DNA of 64,000 bases from positions 2,108,001 to 2,172,000 of the forward strand of contig OX597827.1 in NCBI GenBank assembly GCA_951406725.2, written 5' to 3'. The DNA is from Octopus vulgaris. Taxonomy: Eukaryota. A program made the position numbers and the translations under genes. The notes beneath the pieces were generated by a model, which saw only the letters and a list, made by a program, of their open reading frames with translations, was not told the origin of the DNA and ran no database searches. How positions within the stretch are numbered: the first letter of the stretch is position 1; each line of letters starts with the position of its first letter. This document shows positions 42,302 to 56,467 of the stretch, piece after piece.

Positions 42302-42612
42302 TGATGATGGTAGTCTTGCTGTTGTTGTTGTTGGTGGTGGTGGTGGTGATGATGGTAGTCTTGCTGTTGTTGTTGGTGGTGGTGGTGGTGGTGATGATGG
42401 TAGTCTTGCTGTTGTTGTTGGTGGTGGTGGTGGTGGTGATGATGGTAGTCTTGCTGTTGTTGTTGGTGGTGGTGGTGGTGGTGATGATGGTAGTCTTGCT
42501 GTTGTTGTTGGTGGTGGTGGTGGTGGTGATGATGGTAGTCTTGCTGTTGTTGTTGGTGGTGGTGGTGGTGGTGATGATGGTAGTCTTGCTGTTGTTGTTG
42601 GTGGTGGTGGTG
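42302..42612. repeat. 45-bp minisatellite, 7 copies
   Basis: TAGTCTTGCT recurs at 42311, 42356, 42401, 42446, 42491, 42536 and 42581. Confidence 0.95.
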
Positions 42613-43431
42613 GCAATGTTAATAGTGGTTGTGGTGGCGTTGGTGGTGTTAGTTGTAGTGATAATAGTGGTGGTGGTGGTGGTGGTAGTGGTGTTTGATG
42701 GAGGTGACGAAGACGGCGACGGTGGCTACATCGGCGGTGATGCTTGATGGTGATGCTGTCTCAGAGATGTCGGCAGAAGATAATGATGAAATTTCTTAAT
42801 ATCCAGAAATAACGTGCTATTATTACAATATATGACTATGTATGAAGGCAACGACAACAACAACAAAAACAACAACAACAACAAAAACAACAACAACAAC
42901 AACAACAACAATGACAACGACAACAAGATTAAAAAACAACAAATACCAGAATAAAATCTTGTTGAAGGAAAGAGGCACAAACGGAGAGTCGTATAATTTT
43001 TCAGAAGCACAACCAACCGGGATGAGGAACAGGGTGAGGGCGACGGTGTGTGTGACTGGTGGATGCTGGGTTTGTCTTTTGCATGATGTCAATATCGAAC
43101 CGATAGCCGTTGCGCTGACAGGCATATTCTTAACTTTTGATTGGCGCAGGGGCTTGGAATGGTTCTTAAGCTGCTTCATTAAAAGAATGGTCAAGACCTG
43201 ACGGAGGTGGGGGTGGATGTGTTGGTGGGGAGTTGGATGGTTTTGGGGGGTGGGGAGTCTTCTGGAATTGCCGACAACCACCAGCACCATAACCATAACC
43301 TTCACCATCACCACCACCGTCGCAGTCGCCTCGCCACTTTCGTTTCTCTCTTTGCGCAACACCACCTTTTCATTCATCCACAGATCCACCGTTTACTTAC
43401 TACTACTACTACAACTACTACTACTACTACA

Positions 43432-43466
<35 letters not shown>

Positions 43467-43944
43467 AATACCATCACCACCACAGCCACCACCACTACTG
43501 CGTCCGCAACAACAAGACGAAAAAAAAAACACTATCATCTCTACAGCAACACCAGCACTATCACATTCAATGCAACAATAACAACAACAAAAATGTAACG
43601 ATATGACTAGCACCACCAGAAATACCACTACCACCGTCACCAATACTACTACTACCACCACTAACATCAACCATCACATCTTCGCTGCCGCAACAATAAC
43701 ATCAGAAACATCCCAATCATGACCATTATCCTTACAACAGCAACTACGCTACCACCGCCTTAACTATCGTTACAACTACAACATAAACAATAATATAAAC
43801 ACCACAATCACAACCACCACCACCAATACCAACACCACCGCCACCGCCACCTCGGCCACCTCCTCTGCCGCACCACCAGCAAGAAGACCACTACGATTAC
43901 AACACTGAACCATCGACACTATCATCAGCACCACCACCACCACC

Positions 43945-44055
<111 letters not shown>

Positions 44056-44178
44056 ACAGCAGCAATAGTAACAACAAAACCATTGCCACTACCACCGACA
44101 CTACCACCTTCTCCGTCCATTCTGTCTTTTAATATACAGCTTTAGTTTCAATATGGCTACGAAAGCGAAGAAGAGAAG

Positions 44179-44238
44179 GAGAGCAAGGTTCTGGAGAGCT
44201 AGGTGTTGGAGAGCAAAGTGTTGGAGAGCAAGGTGTTG
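44179..44238. repeat. 15-bp minisatellite GGAGAGCAAGGTGTT, 4 copies
   Basis: Direct repeat with single substitutions. Confidence 0.85.
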
Positions 44239-44787
44239 TCACTGGAAAGCAATCGATATAACTCTGTCAACCAGCATTTTCACTGTGTTATTGTCGTTTC
44301 TCTCATCAGCTGTGCACACTCATCAATACCGCTAATAGCAATACAAATACTAAGAGCAAGACTACCATGCACTATCATCAATACTAACACTGCCACACAA
44401 GCAGCAACACTACAACGCAAGCTGTAGCACTACCACTCTTGACACTGGCGCCTCTACCAACACCAAGAGTAACTCTATTACTCGCAAATGAAACCGAGGC
44501 ACGCTATCGCGTATGTTGTGATTGCTAGTAATGATACCAGCTCTAACATTAGCATCACAAGTACCACTTGCCTCAAACACCACCACCAACACTGCAACAA
44601 CCCTCCTCGCCACCTTTAGTATCATTCTCAGTACCACTCACCGCTGCAAACATTGTCGCCACCATTCCCACCACTAACGCCATAACATCAACACCAACAG
44701 CACCTCCACCAGTACAACTACTGATACCAGCACCACTATCCCCGCCACTTTCGCTGCAGCTGCTGCTGCTACTACTACTTCTACTAC

Positions 44788-44819
<32 letters not shown>

Positions 44820-44912
44820 ACGCAAACACATTCACCGTCAGCACCAATGATATCGGCAACAACCAAATTTTCGAAAACTAAAGAGAATGTATTAAACAGT
44901 GGGTCTCCTACA

Positions 44913-44984
<72 letters not shown>

Positions 44985-45363
44985 CTTTCCATCTCTCCCC
45001 CTCTTTTTCTATATATATATTTATATACATATATATATTTATGTATATATATACCACCACCACCATCCACTCCACACCACCATATGTACGTACACACCAG
45101 ATCACCTTTAGATCTTGTCATTTGAAATGAATGCACGTGGTCGTTGTTCCAGATTTTAAACAACCCTAGGTAGAGTTCTTGTTTTCTGATCGCAAGCGTA
45201 ATCTCAGTTGATCAAAGCATTGCAATGCACTGCTTTCCATTATATGACAATCTGCCATATTCGTATGCACTACGCATGACACTGCTCAAAAGCATTTTCC
45301 TTCGGCCATATTGTTGATGGTTAATAAACAGCAGCATCACATTCTCCCGGTTTATACACATAC

Positions 45364-45429
<66 letters not shown>

Positions 45430-45644
45430 CACACACACACACACACACACTCACAAACACATACACACACACACACACTCACAAACACATACACATGAAC
45501 ACGCATTTGCATACATACACATACTGAGAATCGCCGACAGCATTATTTGTATTCTTATACTTTAAAATACAAGTGTATGAAGGAAACCATGACAGTTTAC
45601 CATAGACCTGCAAAAATACTTAAACACTTTCAACTAACATGCCT

Positions 45645-45783
45645 GCGACGAAAATATTTTGATAAATTAAATGTAAGTGTTGAAGTGAATCTAACGGTTT
45701 TTGTGTGTTTCTTAAATGGCTTATAAACACCTTCCACGCTGAATAATTGATCAGGTCAATTGCTATGCAAATACATCTCCGTA
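45645..45783 (+). mobile_element. Single-arm fragment of the 56465-56790 fold-back family
   Basis: GCGACGAAAATATTTTGA..GTTGAAGTGAATC..TGTGTGTTTCTTAAATGGCTTATAAACACCTTCCACGCTG..TACATCTCCGTA is shared. Confidence 0.85.
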
Positions 45784-45807
45784 ATATATATATATATATA
45801 TATATAT

Positions 45808-46120
45808 AAAGTTAATCCAAACAAGAAAACAACGCAAGGATGTGAAACAAATAAAATATTATTGGACGCTCAGGAAAGGAGGGAAGAAGGAGGGTTTGTA
45901 TGTATGTATGTATGTATGTATGTATAAAGTTAATCCAAACATGAAAACACAATGAGAAAACACAACAACGCGAGGACGTGGAACAAGTATAGTGTTATTG
46001 GACGCTCAGGAAAGGAGTTAACGTTTCGAGCGGAGCTCTTCGTCAGAAACATAGGAAAAGGAAAGATCCAAGAAGGGAAGACGGAGGAAAAAATCGCCAA
46101 CGGTACACACGCGGTTACAC
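45808..46120 (-). mobile_element. Partial-tandem short element with minimal hammerhead at 46017-46050 (Penelope-like/retrozyme remnant)
   Basis: AAAGTTAATCCAAAC..TATTGGACGCTCAGGAAAGGAG is duplicated (45808, 45926). Minus strand CUGACGA-A-GAGC(UCC)GCUC-GAAAC-GUU; stem I is weak. Confidence 0.7.
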
Positions 46121-46132
46121 ACACACACACAC

Positions 46133-46175
<43 letters not shown>

Positions 46176-46411
46176 TTGCTGTATGTCCGTCTGTACCAAT
46201 TGCCATGCAAATCCAGCGCAAGGAATTGATATAGCAACAAACGATAATGAGCGTGAAAATTGATCATCTTTAACTCTTGCCATTCTTCGTTAATGAGATT
46301 CGGACAAAAATCGAAACATATCTCGAACTTTTAGCAATTGACTTTTGGCAAATTAAACTGCATCGTCCTTCTTTTCCCAAGTAAGAACCTTTTGAATTTC
46401 TCCCTTATACA

Positions 46412-46590
46412 GAGAGGGGGGAATTCACAAAAGAAACAACAAAAGACGAAGACAGGTGGTGTAGACAACAAACAGATGTATTAGTATAACGCTCGAGAAG
46501 TGTAAAAGTCTTTAACGTTTCGAGCCTACGCTCTTCCACAGAAAGAAACACAGAAAGAAACAAGGAGAGAAAATAAAGAATTTGTAGGGG
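46412..46590 (-). mobile_element. Short element with minimal hammerhead-like motif at 46509-46546
   Basis: Minus strand UCUUU-CUGUGGA-A-GAGC(GUAG)GCUC-GAAAC-GUU-AAAGA, 5-bp stem I. Confidence 0.7.
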
Positions 46591-46877
46591 TGGGGTGGGC
46601 TTACGGGGAAGGGGTAACGATGAAGGGAGGAAGAAGAAGGTGGGTAGGAATGAAGAGAAGGAGAGTAAGAATGAAGAGAAGTTGTAGGAGTCGGAGCAAG
46701 AGAGGAGAGGTGCGTGGGAGGATGTAGGTTTGAAGGGGAGAGAGGCGAAGGGGGGAGGTTAGATGAAGAGGGGAGGAGAGTTGAACCCATGTGGCGCAAA
46801 GAAGCGAAGAGAGAAGATTAATCCTTGTTCACGGCGCAAACGGGAGTCCGGAGGGCCCCTGTGCAAGGACAATATAT

Positions 46878-46930
<53 letters not shown>

Positions 46931-48304
46931 ATGTATGTATATATATGTATAGATAGATAGATAGAGAGAGTGAGAGATGAATACATACATGCATATATCT
47001 TCATATATACATGTACATGTGCATATACAGATACACCCAAATGAAGAGTATATATATGTATATATTTGTGTGTGTGGGAGTGTATTGTGATTCAACAAAA
47101 CAGAGATCGATAAAATAAGTCCCAGATTGAAGTACTCTTCTCTGTCTATCTCTGTTACGTCAGCAATATTTCAGCCAATCATAAGTACTTTTTCATGCAC
47201 ATAGACATATACGAGCACATACGCGTGCAAATATGCACTGTTTTGCAGTCATTATATTGTATTGGAGATGTGAGACAGTGCGCAAATGTATATCTGTCAG
47301 GGGCACAAATGCTCACATATACACACATATACATAAACTCTACACGTACGTTCTTTTCACGCGCTCTTTCCTTCTCTCACCATCTCTCTCTTTCTCTCTC
47401 TTCCTCCTGCTCTCTTTCTCATACATGTCCGTTAAACGCAAGCATACACACACACAAATATATATATATATATACACACACACACACGTTTTGTTCCACA
47501 TACATACACTCGCGGGCGCAAACATACACTTTTTCTTCAGCACACACCAAACACACACACACACACACACAACACATATGCACGCAGACGCAGACGCACA
47601 CACACACCGCATACACAAGGACACGCACGTAAACACAAAACCACACACATCAACACATACACAAGCACACACACACACAAACACATTCACTAACACCGTG
47701 CCAAAGCACTCACATATACACGCACACTCTCTTCTCTCTTTCAAACACACACACTCACATACACACCAAATACACACACACAAGCACAAACACACACACA
47801 CACACAGACACACACACTTCCATGTTGCTGTCAAACACACAGACGTGTATTATATTCCTTTAGTATATCCCGCCTTGCTATTACATTCAAGTCACAAAGT
47901 ATATATTTGCTAGCAAAAGATGGCAAAAGCCGGATTTCTTTATAAATTTTCTTGGCTTCAGTGAATCTACATTTTTTTTTCTCGTTTGTTTCTCCTATGC
48001 TACTCTGTCGTTCCTACGGAGGAAAGTTACAGTTTTTCTTTAAGAGGGCAAGAAAAAGATGCTTACGTCTAGGAAACGTTTCGAAGCCAATCTTGAATTG
48101 GCATTCTCAGATTCCCTCAACATTTTGCCTCAAAACCTCATGGGGGAAACCAGAAGAAATTTTATGCGTCCATTAGACAGCTAGTACAGTACAGTGTTCC
48201 CTACCTCCACCTAAAACATATTGCAACAGCCTTTCCGCTTTTAATGCTATATATATATATATGTATATATACATATATATATACATATATGTATGTAATG
48301 TATG

Positions 48305-48351
<47 letters not shown>

Positions 48352-48352
48352 G

Positions 48353-48407
<55 letters not shown>

Positions 48408-48545
48408 GTATGTATATATATATATATATATACGTATACATATATACATATATATATGCGCATACATATATATATATACATGTACTTACATGCTTAAATA
48501 TTATATATATTTATATAAGTATACATACACACATGTATTTAAGTA

Positions 48546-48597
<52 letters not shown>

Positions 48598-49132
48598 AAT
48601 ATATATAATCATATATTTTTACTTATACATATATATACACATTCATATATGTACACGTGTATATAAATACACATATCCGTGTGTATGCTTATGTATATGT
48701 ATATATGCATGTATATGTATCTGGATAACGTGTTTATATATATTTGTGTATATATATTCATAAACATCCGACAGCTGTTATACTGTTATACTGTATATCT
48801 AGTTAGAGAATTTGTTGGTTTATTGGGTATATTACAGGGTGATGGAGAAGAGGAGGAGAAGGAGGAGGAAGAAGAAGACGATGATGATGCTAATGATGAT
48901 GAAAGAGAAAAAAATTAAGATGAAGTAGGAGGTGTTGGTGGCGGTGTCAGCGGAGGAGGAGGAGGAAGAGGATGAGGAAGAGATGCTGAATTCTATGAAG
49001 CCAAAGCATTTTCGAAATCTACTCAAAATTCAAAAACAAACAAACCAAAGGATAACAAACACACACAAAAAATATACAACGAAAATCAACAGAATCAAGT
49101 AAAACTGAAGATGCGTATATATTAGTATATTT

Positions 49133-49345
49133 GGTTTTTCAAATTTTGGCACAGGGCCAGCAATATGGGGTCGGGAGGAGTAAGTCGATTATATCGACCC
49201 CAGTCGTTCCCCTGGTAACTTATTTTATTGACCCCGCAATGATGAAAGGCAAAGTTGACCTCAGCGGAATTTGAACTCAGAACGTAAAGACGGACTAAAT
49301 GCTGCTAAGCATTTAACCCGGCCTACCAACGATTCTGCCAATTCA
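49133..49345 (-). mobile_element. SINE family B
   Basis: Matches 1005-1201 and 55674-55903. Confidence 0.85.
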
Positions 49346-49529
49346 GAAATATGAAATGCACTGGACATTTGGCTGCTATATCTAGCAAGTCTGGTTGGTA
49401 AATACGTACGAACTCTCTTGCTCCCACTTTTTCTTTCTTAAACTTTTCCCTTATTTTCTCTAACCTGATCTCTCGTTAACTCTGAACTAGCCACACCTCA
49501 TTAAAGAAGCATACCAGCATCTTCCTTTT

Positions 49530-49742
49530 AATCATTTCAGGTACTGGACTGAGGCCATGCTGGTGCACCACCTTGGAGACTTTAGTCATACAATTTTATT
49601 TTTCCTGTACTTATCAATTTTGAAAGTTGCACTAATTCTTTCGGTCTCTTTGGCCGAGCTGCAAACCTACGAAGACGTAAACCAACCATTAGGGTTACCA
49701 AGCAGTGGGGGGGGGCTAACAAAATCACATATACATTCACAG

Positions 49743-49806
<64 letters not shown>

Positions 49807-50055
49807 TCGTATATATATATATAAGAAGCCCGTGGTAGATATGTATATATATATATATATGTATGTGTGTATATATGTTTGTGTCTGTGTTTTCTCCCCA
49901 ACATCACTTGACAACCGATGCTGGTGTGTTTACGTCTCCGTAACTTAGCGGTTCAACCAAAGATTCCCATAGAGTAAGTCCTGGGGTCGATTTGCTCGAC
50001 TAAAGGCGGTGCACCAGCATGGCCGCAGTCAAATGACTGAAACAAGTAAAAGAGC
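49530..50055. mobile_element. Two SINE family A 3' halves in opposite orientation (- at ~49530-49705, + at ~49823-50055)
   Basis: GGCCATGCTGGTGCACC versus GGTGCACCAGCATGGCC; family A tail on the + copy. Confidence 0.75.
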
Positions 50056-51200
50056 AAAACTGTATATACATTGTAATATGTAAAGGTAAGATCCAAGGAT
50101 CAAGGTGCAGGAAATTAGTAAGCTTCGAGCAATCCGACTTTCAGGAACGATGGTTGTTTGGCCTGGATTTTATCTGCTCCAATCCCTAACTTTGGATTCT
50201 GTGTGTGTGTGTGCGTGTGTGTATTCTTTTTGCAACATTTTATCAAAGATGGCTTTATCGTGTATGTCTTTCTCATCATTTCATTAGCTACAACTTGATT
50301 ATCAATTTGACACGCGTATAAACAGCTGGCATTTTGTGTTTTTTTGATTCCGGGTGTGATAAACCTATCGTATTTCATGATGTATATATGACGCACCTGT
50401 GTAGGGAAAAAACATTTATTAAAAACAAATCACCCCCGGTCCCTACATGCTAAGTCGAAGCTATATACATGCTTTAATGCACAAAAAAAGACTTTAATCC
50501 TGAAGATGATCTGCTGAAACTTCGGTTACGTCTTATACGCTCATGCGTCTTTTAGGCCATCAAATACGGTAATCAATCTGCTAGATTTAACTCCAGCATT
50601 CGGCACACCATTGGTGGATCGTTAGTAGAATCCATTTCGTTGTAAGCATTCGGATCTAGTCTCTTGTCAGAGAATAATTAACCTTCTTCATTCCATCGGT
50701 CTCAAAAACCTTGAATAAGGGCCATGAATGCTGCACTACTTCCTTCGATTGCAATAGGCTTTCAGAGTTGATCTTTCTGTTGAGTTCATTTTGTCCGAAA
50801 GTGTTGACGAACCTCTTGTAAAGAATAAATTGTAAAATAATTGAAATCCATAAAGTATATAATAGTGGATGCCATTTATACAGACAATGTATAACTTATT
50901 TTGTATGTTGGAGAGGGTCATTATGCCAATATTAAACACACGTACTAGTCCTCTTTCACTTCTTTATTATTGGTTTCAAATTTTGGCACAAGGCCAGAAA
51001 ATTTAGCGGTGGAGGTAAGCCGATTGCATCAACTCCAGTGTTCAACTGGTACTTATTTTATCCCTTTTCGCCTTCTTTGGAAGAGAATTCAAAGAGAATA
51101 AAGCTAAGTTTGTCGTTCTGGGATATTCTAATGCAATCGATATTCTCTTGTTCAATATTTTTTTTTTAAACAAAGATCTTCCGTTTAATTCAGTACGGAT

Positions 51201-51252
51201 GGTTGGGGTTCAGGGTTGGGGTTCAGGGTTGGGGTTCAGGGTTGGGGGTCAG
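51201..51252 (+). repeat. 13-bp G-rich tandem repeat (GGGTTGGGGTTCA), about 4 copies
   Basis: Direct repeat with multiple G3-G5 runs. Confidence 0.9.
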
Positions 51253-51563
51253 ATTTGGGGGTTGGAGAATGGGTTGGGGAGTTGACATATAAACAAGGAA
51301 ATTGTGATTCAGTGTTTCTTTTTTCCTTGTTGGAAATGGCTATCAAATGGTAAAATATCTTCATTATCTCTCTCTCCCACCTTTCCTCTCTCTCTCTCCT
51401 CCTCCTCCTTCCACTCCTTTCTCTTTCTGTCATTTTCACTCTCATGCTAGATTACACAAGCTTTTCACACACATACGCATGTATTCAAACACACACACAT
51501 ACATATGTATGTAAATGATTACATATTATACATACATACATATATACATATATACATACATAG

Positions 51564-51628
<65 letters not shown>

Positions 51629-52532
51629 AATGTATAAACCGACGTATTATATATATAAATGTATAGATCATATATACATACTCAAGCATATATGTATGCA
51701 TACATACATACATACGTACATACGCAGTGCATACATACATATGCGCTTGCATACATAAGGGAAGAAATGCATTCATATATTCAATCACACATACATACAC
51801 TTATATACAGAGATTTATACATTCATGCAAACATACAGACAGACAAATGGATACGTATATACATTCATACATCCATCCATACGTACATACACACATATAC
51901 ATCACACATGTAAATACATTCAAACATTGATACCTTCATACATGTATGAGTTCATAGACCGAAATATGAGTGAGTGTGTGTGCGTATGTGTGTGTGTGTG
52001 TGTGTGCATGTGTGTGTGTGCATACGCAGAAACGTCTATACGAAAGCGTTTGCTTTTTTTTGTTTCAGTAACTATCCACTGCGTCTCACCCATCCTACTC
52101 AAGAAAGTGGGTCAGGTCCCAGCGGAGGTGCGGCGGGTAACCAGAGAGGAAGAAAAAAAGCCCTTGCCTTCATCTCTACACTATGCATAACTGTCAACTA
52201 AAATCTTATCATCAGAAGAGGAGGGTGATGAGGAAGGGTGAGAGAGGAGGAGAAGGAGAGCTACACAAGAAGAAGACAAAGAAGAATTATAATGTCGATT
52301 TTTTAGATGAAGGTAATAATATTGCTATTATTCTTTGGCCAAGGAGTGTCTTATCGGCGAAAATGCACTCGCGCGTGCGCACGTGCGTCTTCGCTCACAC
52401 ATAAGAGCATACACATGCTCAATACATAAATACTCACACATATATACATATATATAATTTTATAAATCTCCCCCCCCCTATCTGTCTATCTATCTATGCA
52501 TCTATCTATCTTTCTATCTATCTATTTATGTG

Positions 52533-52573
<41 letters not shown>

Positions 52574-52650
52574 CGAGAGATAATATCTATCTGTCAATTT
52601 ATCTCTCTTTCTCTCCCTGTCTCTATATAAACATGGATATAAATATATAT

Positions 52651-52960
52651 ATCAGCCGAAATTGCTAGGATGATCCGGTTCTTGACTGAAGATTGAATGC
52701 TTCGAATGTCCCGTTCGTGTTTTTTGTATCGTCTTCTAAATGTTTTACGTTCTTGTCCCAGTTTGTATTTTTTCTTTCCTCCAACTCATTCTCTATTTTG
52801 TATCACATCTAAACTAACTATCACTTAATCTTTCCTCTCACACTGTCTCCGATAAAGGGATATTATTAATAAATATCCTAGAAACAGCTGTAAGACCTTC
52901 TATCTATAAATGGTCTAATATCTATACAGCCTTGGGTTTTTTTAATCGTATTAAGCAAAT
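52651..52960 (+). mobile_element. Short repeats in (TA)n; 5' part shared with 58450-58580; decayed hammerhead at 52845-52896
   Basis: ATCAGCCGAAATTGC..GATGATC.GGTTCTTGACTGA.GA..GCTTCGAATGTCCC is shared. GUCU-CCGAUAA-..GGAUAUU/AAUAUCC..-GAAAC(AGCU)GUA-AGAC. Confidence 0.55.
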
Positions 52961-53030
52961 AATACTTATATATACATATATATATATATATACACATGTG
53001 TGTGTGTGTGTGTGTGTGTGTATGCGTGTG

Positions 53031-53065
<35 letters not shown>

Positions 53066-53143
53066 AATACAAATAGTTATTGCCTTAAATTAGTATGCAT
53101 TTGCGTGTATGCGAATGATTCTTTCTCTTTCTGTCTTTCTCTA

Positions 53144-53204
<61 letters not shown>

Positions 53205-53772
53205 GTCTATCTATCCATCTATCTATCTATCTTTTTCTGTTACTGTGTGTGAGTGAATGTGCGCGCGTGTACCTGCATGCGCGCGTGAGTGCGTCTGCTG
53301 TTTTCTCTGTATCATTAAGAGATTATACAAGGGTTTGCTCTAAGAACCAGACGTTTCTACTCAAAAAAAAAAAGAAAAAAAGAAAGAAAATATAAAAAAC
53401 GGCTGCTTTGCGTTTTAATGGTTATATGTCTTACAGAACTATCTTATCCTATCCATGTTTACCATATGTCGAAAAATTGAGAAAAAATTTTTTTCAAAAG
53501 GGTAGGGGCTTTGTGCAGGTCCCTATTAATACATATAAATTAAGAGGGTTTTTGTTTGATAGATAACGTAGATTGTATATAATTGAAGTAGGATGTGCTT
53601 GCATTTCTATGCTTCTGTACATATCTTTAGCCATATTATTATATATGAATTATATATGTGTGTGTGTGTGTGTGCGGGACGGTGTGAAATATATTTACAT
53701 ACATTATTTTCACTTCCCTTTGTCGCTTTTGTAAGATGTGTATTGATTAAAAAGATAGATACATACAAATAA

Positions 53773-53808
<36 letters not shown>

Positions 53809-53961
53809 CAATAGCCAGCAGAAGATATTCTCCTGGGGCTACAAGCTACAGTAGCATCCACCCTTAGTGGTTGGCCACATTTAAGTAGCAAATATACTTC
53901 ACGTTGTCGTGCAGCTACGGTTTATACCTCGTTCAGAGATTTATTATTGCTTATATATATA

Positions 53962-54136
53962 GGCGCAGGATTGTCTGTGTGGTAAGTAGCTTGCTTACCG
54001 ACCACATGGTTCCGGGTTCAGTCCCACTGCGTGGCACCTTGGGCAAGTGTCTTCTACTATAGCCTTGGGCCGACCAAAGCCTTGTGAGTGGATTTAGTAG
54101 ACGGAAACTGAATGAAGCCCGTCGTATATATGTATA

Positions 54137-54177
<41 letters not shown>

Positions 54178-54395
54178 TTGTGTGCCTGTGTTTGTCCCCC
54201 CCAACATCGTTTAACAACCGATGCTAGTGTGTCAACGTCCCGGTAACTTAGCGGTTCAGCAAAAGGGTCCGATAGAATAAGTACTAGGCTTACAAAGAAT
54301 AAGTCCTGGGGTCGATTTGATCGACTAAAGGCAGTGCTTGAGCATGGCCGCAGTCAAATGACTGAAACAAGTAAAAGAGTAAAAGAGAAAAAGAG
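53962..54395 (+). mobile_element. SINE family A, full length: tRNA-like head, internal (TA)/(TG)n, AAAGAG tail
   Basis: GGCGCAGGA..TGTGTGGTAAG (A-box-like), GGGTTCAGTCCC (B-box-like); many homologous copies in the window. Confidence 0.9.
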
Positions 54396-55673
54396 TATAT
54401 ATATCACAAACGCACACATAGAAGATAGAGAGACGACAGAAAAAACACGATGGTTATGTTATGAACTTCATTGGCTTACAACTGTTTCCACAATAATATG
54501 CAGTAGGTTCATAGTTAAGTACCTGAATAGCAACCTCTAACTTCATCGAGACCTCGAATATACCATTGCAGTTTGAAGGTACAGGCTGTTATTCAGGCAC
54601 TCATCTATGAGTCCATTGTATCTTTTAGCGCAAACAGGTTAAAGTTCGTTAAGATTCTATTAAAAAGCCTCTCAACAGAAAAGTCGAAGACTGTCTGTCA
54701 TGTTTTACAACAGATGTGGGTTCGAATCCTGCGGGCAGCCTTTGACTTCCTAAGAATAATTATTTCATGTTCCGACGTGTCAAAATTCGTATGAAATCAA
54801 ACGCACACGCGCGCGCACGCACACACACACACACACACTCTGCCGTTCAAGAATTTGGACCTGGAGATCTCCATTTCCAGCGACTACGAGGGTCACCTCC
54901 CAGTGGTGTCGGACGTCAATGAAGAGCCCTCAACTACAACAAGACGACCAAAGTTTTTTCTTTTCCAAGGTCTGGGGTCTCCTGCCCCTAAGCCCTAGAC
55001 CATCACCTAATCACCCTAACCCATCTTGTTGCTTAACAACAACACACACTCTCTTTCTTTATCTCCCTCTGTCTGTCTATCTCTCTCTCTCACACACACA
55101 TTAAAACAGAAAATTTTGTCATTATTCTTTGCATATTCACATATTCTTTCTTTACTAATAGGAGTTACACCTATATACACGTGGAAAACCATATAATTAA
55201 TCATCCATTGATAATTCTTCAGCAACAGAATAAACATTCTTCGCCGCATCAAACAGTATTCTCCAGTATTTTCAACTCTCGTATGAATCATAACACCTAC
55301 AGACATACGTGGGAGAACACCTACGGATATACGTTGAAGAATATGCAGATGTGTTTCATGAAGATACTGTATGGGTTATAAACCTGTATACATATTCTGT
55401 GTGTGTGAGCACGCGCGCGTGTGTGTAGGTATAAACCGTTTTATGCAACACATGCAACACAAGCAGTATTAGATTATAATAGTTCTTTGCGTATCATGCC
55501 TAATGTTAATACATCGTGATAGGCAAATATATTCCGATACTCATGCTAAAATAATATTTCATATGGACGTGCTGCTTGGCCGGTGAGATTACTAGATGCA
55601 TTTTGGCTTCATTGCGCTTCGCCAGTAGCATATATTCACAGCCGATCGAGCGCCAAGAAGACATCTGTTACCT

Positions 55674-55903
55674 ATTTCTTTACTACCCACAAGGGGCTGC
55701 TAAACACAGAGGGAACAAACAAGGACAGACAAAGAGATTAAGTCGATTACATCGACCCCAGTGCATAACTGGTACTTACTTTATCGACCCCGAAAGGATG
55801 AAAGGTAAAGTCGACCTCGGCGGAATTTGAACTCAGAACGTAATGCCAGACGAAATATGGCTACGCATTTCGCCCGACGTGCTAACGTTTCTGCCAGCCC
55901 GCC
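55674..55903 (-). mobile_element. SINE family B with target-site duplication
   Basis: Flanked by the direct repeat (CGCC)AAGAAGACATCTGTTACCT at 55651-55673 and 55900-55922. Confidence 0.92.
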
Positions 55904-56400
55904 AAGAAGACATCTGTTACCTCCAGTACAAGAATACTGTGAACAAACCTTCTGTAATGTTGCAAATAACAGGTCGACTGCCTGTGCGTATGTAATACGT
56001 ATAAGTATGAATAAATATAGGTACTTTAATGTAAATGTGTGTGTGTGCGTGCGTACTATATAAAGTCTAATAAAGTTTTATTAAGGATTACCTTACACTC
56101 TTATTAATCAATCTTATGCTTCTTTTAGAATAATAGCTTTGCCATATGAATTAGTCGACTAAATTTTCAGGACATTCTCGGTCTCATCATTAGGATAAAA
56201 TGGTGCTGATAATGAGTTGCAGCCTAACGGCTGTACTGCAGGTGTGAAGGATAATAGGAATGTGTGTGTGTGTGTGTGTGGTGTGTGTGTGTGTGAGCGC
56301 GCGTGCGTGTGTGTGAGCACGTGTATAAATATGTGTGGATATATATATATAAAGAAGGTAATGAATACAAAAAGTAAACAACATGCGAAGTAAAAGGTTT

Positions 56401-56464
<64 letters not shown>

Positions 56465-56467
<3 letters not shown>

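Noticed and set aside
42302-42612. CRISPR-like regular array
   Set aside because: No unique spacers, eukaryotic context and no cas genes
42823-43389. 188-aa minus-strand ORF and 119-aa plus-strand ORF as a host gene
   Set aside because: Ends are low complexity and no domain was recognised; kept only as a candidate island in findings
50495-50535. CUGAAGA...GAAAC-UUCG-GUU hammerhead-like string
   Set aside because: No credible stem II or stem I pairing
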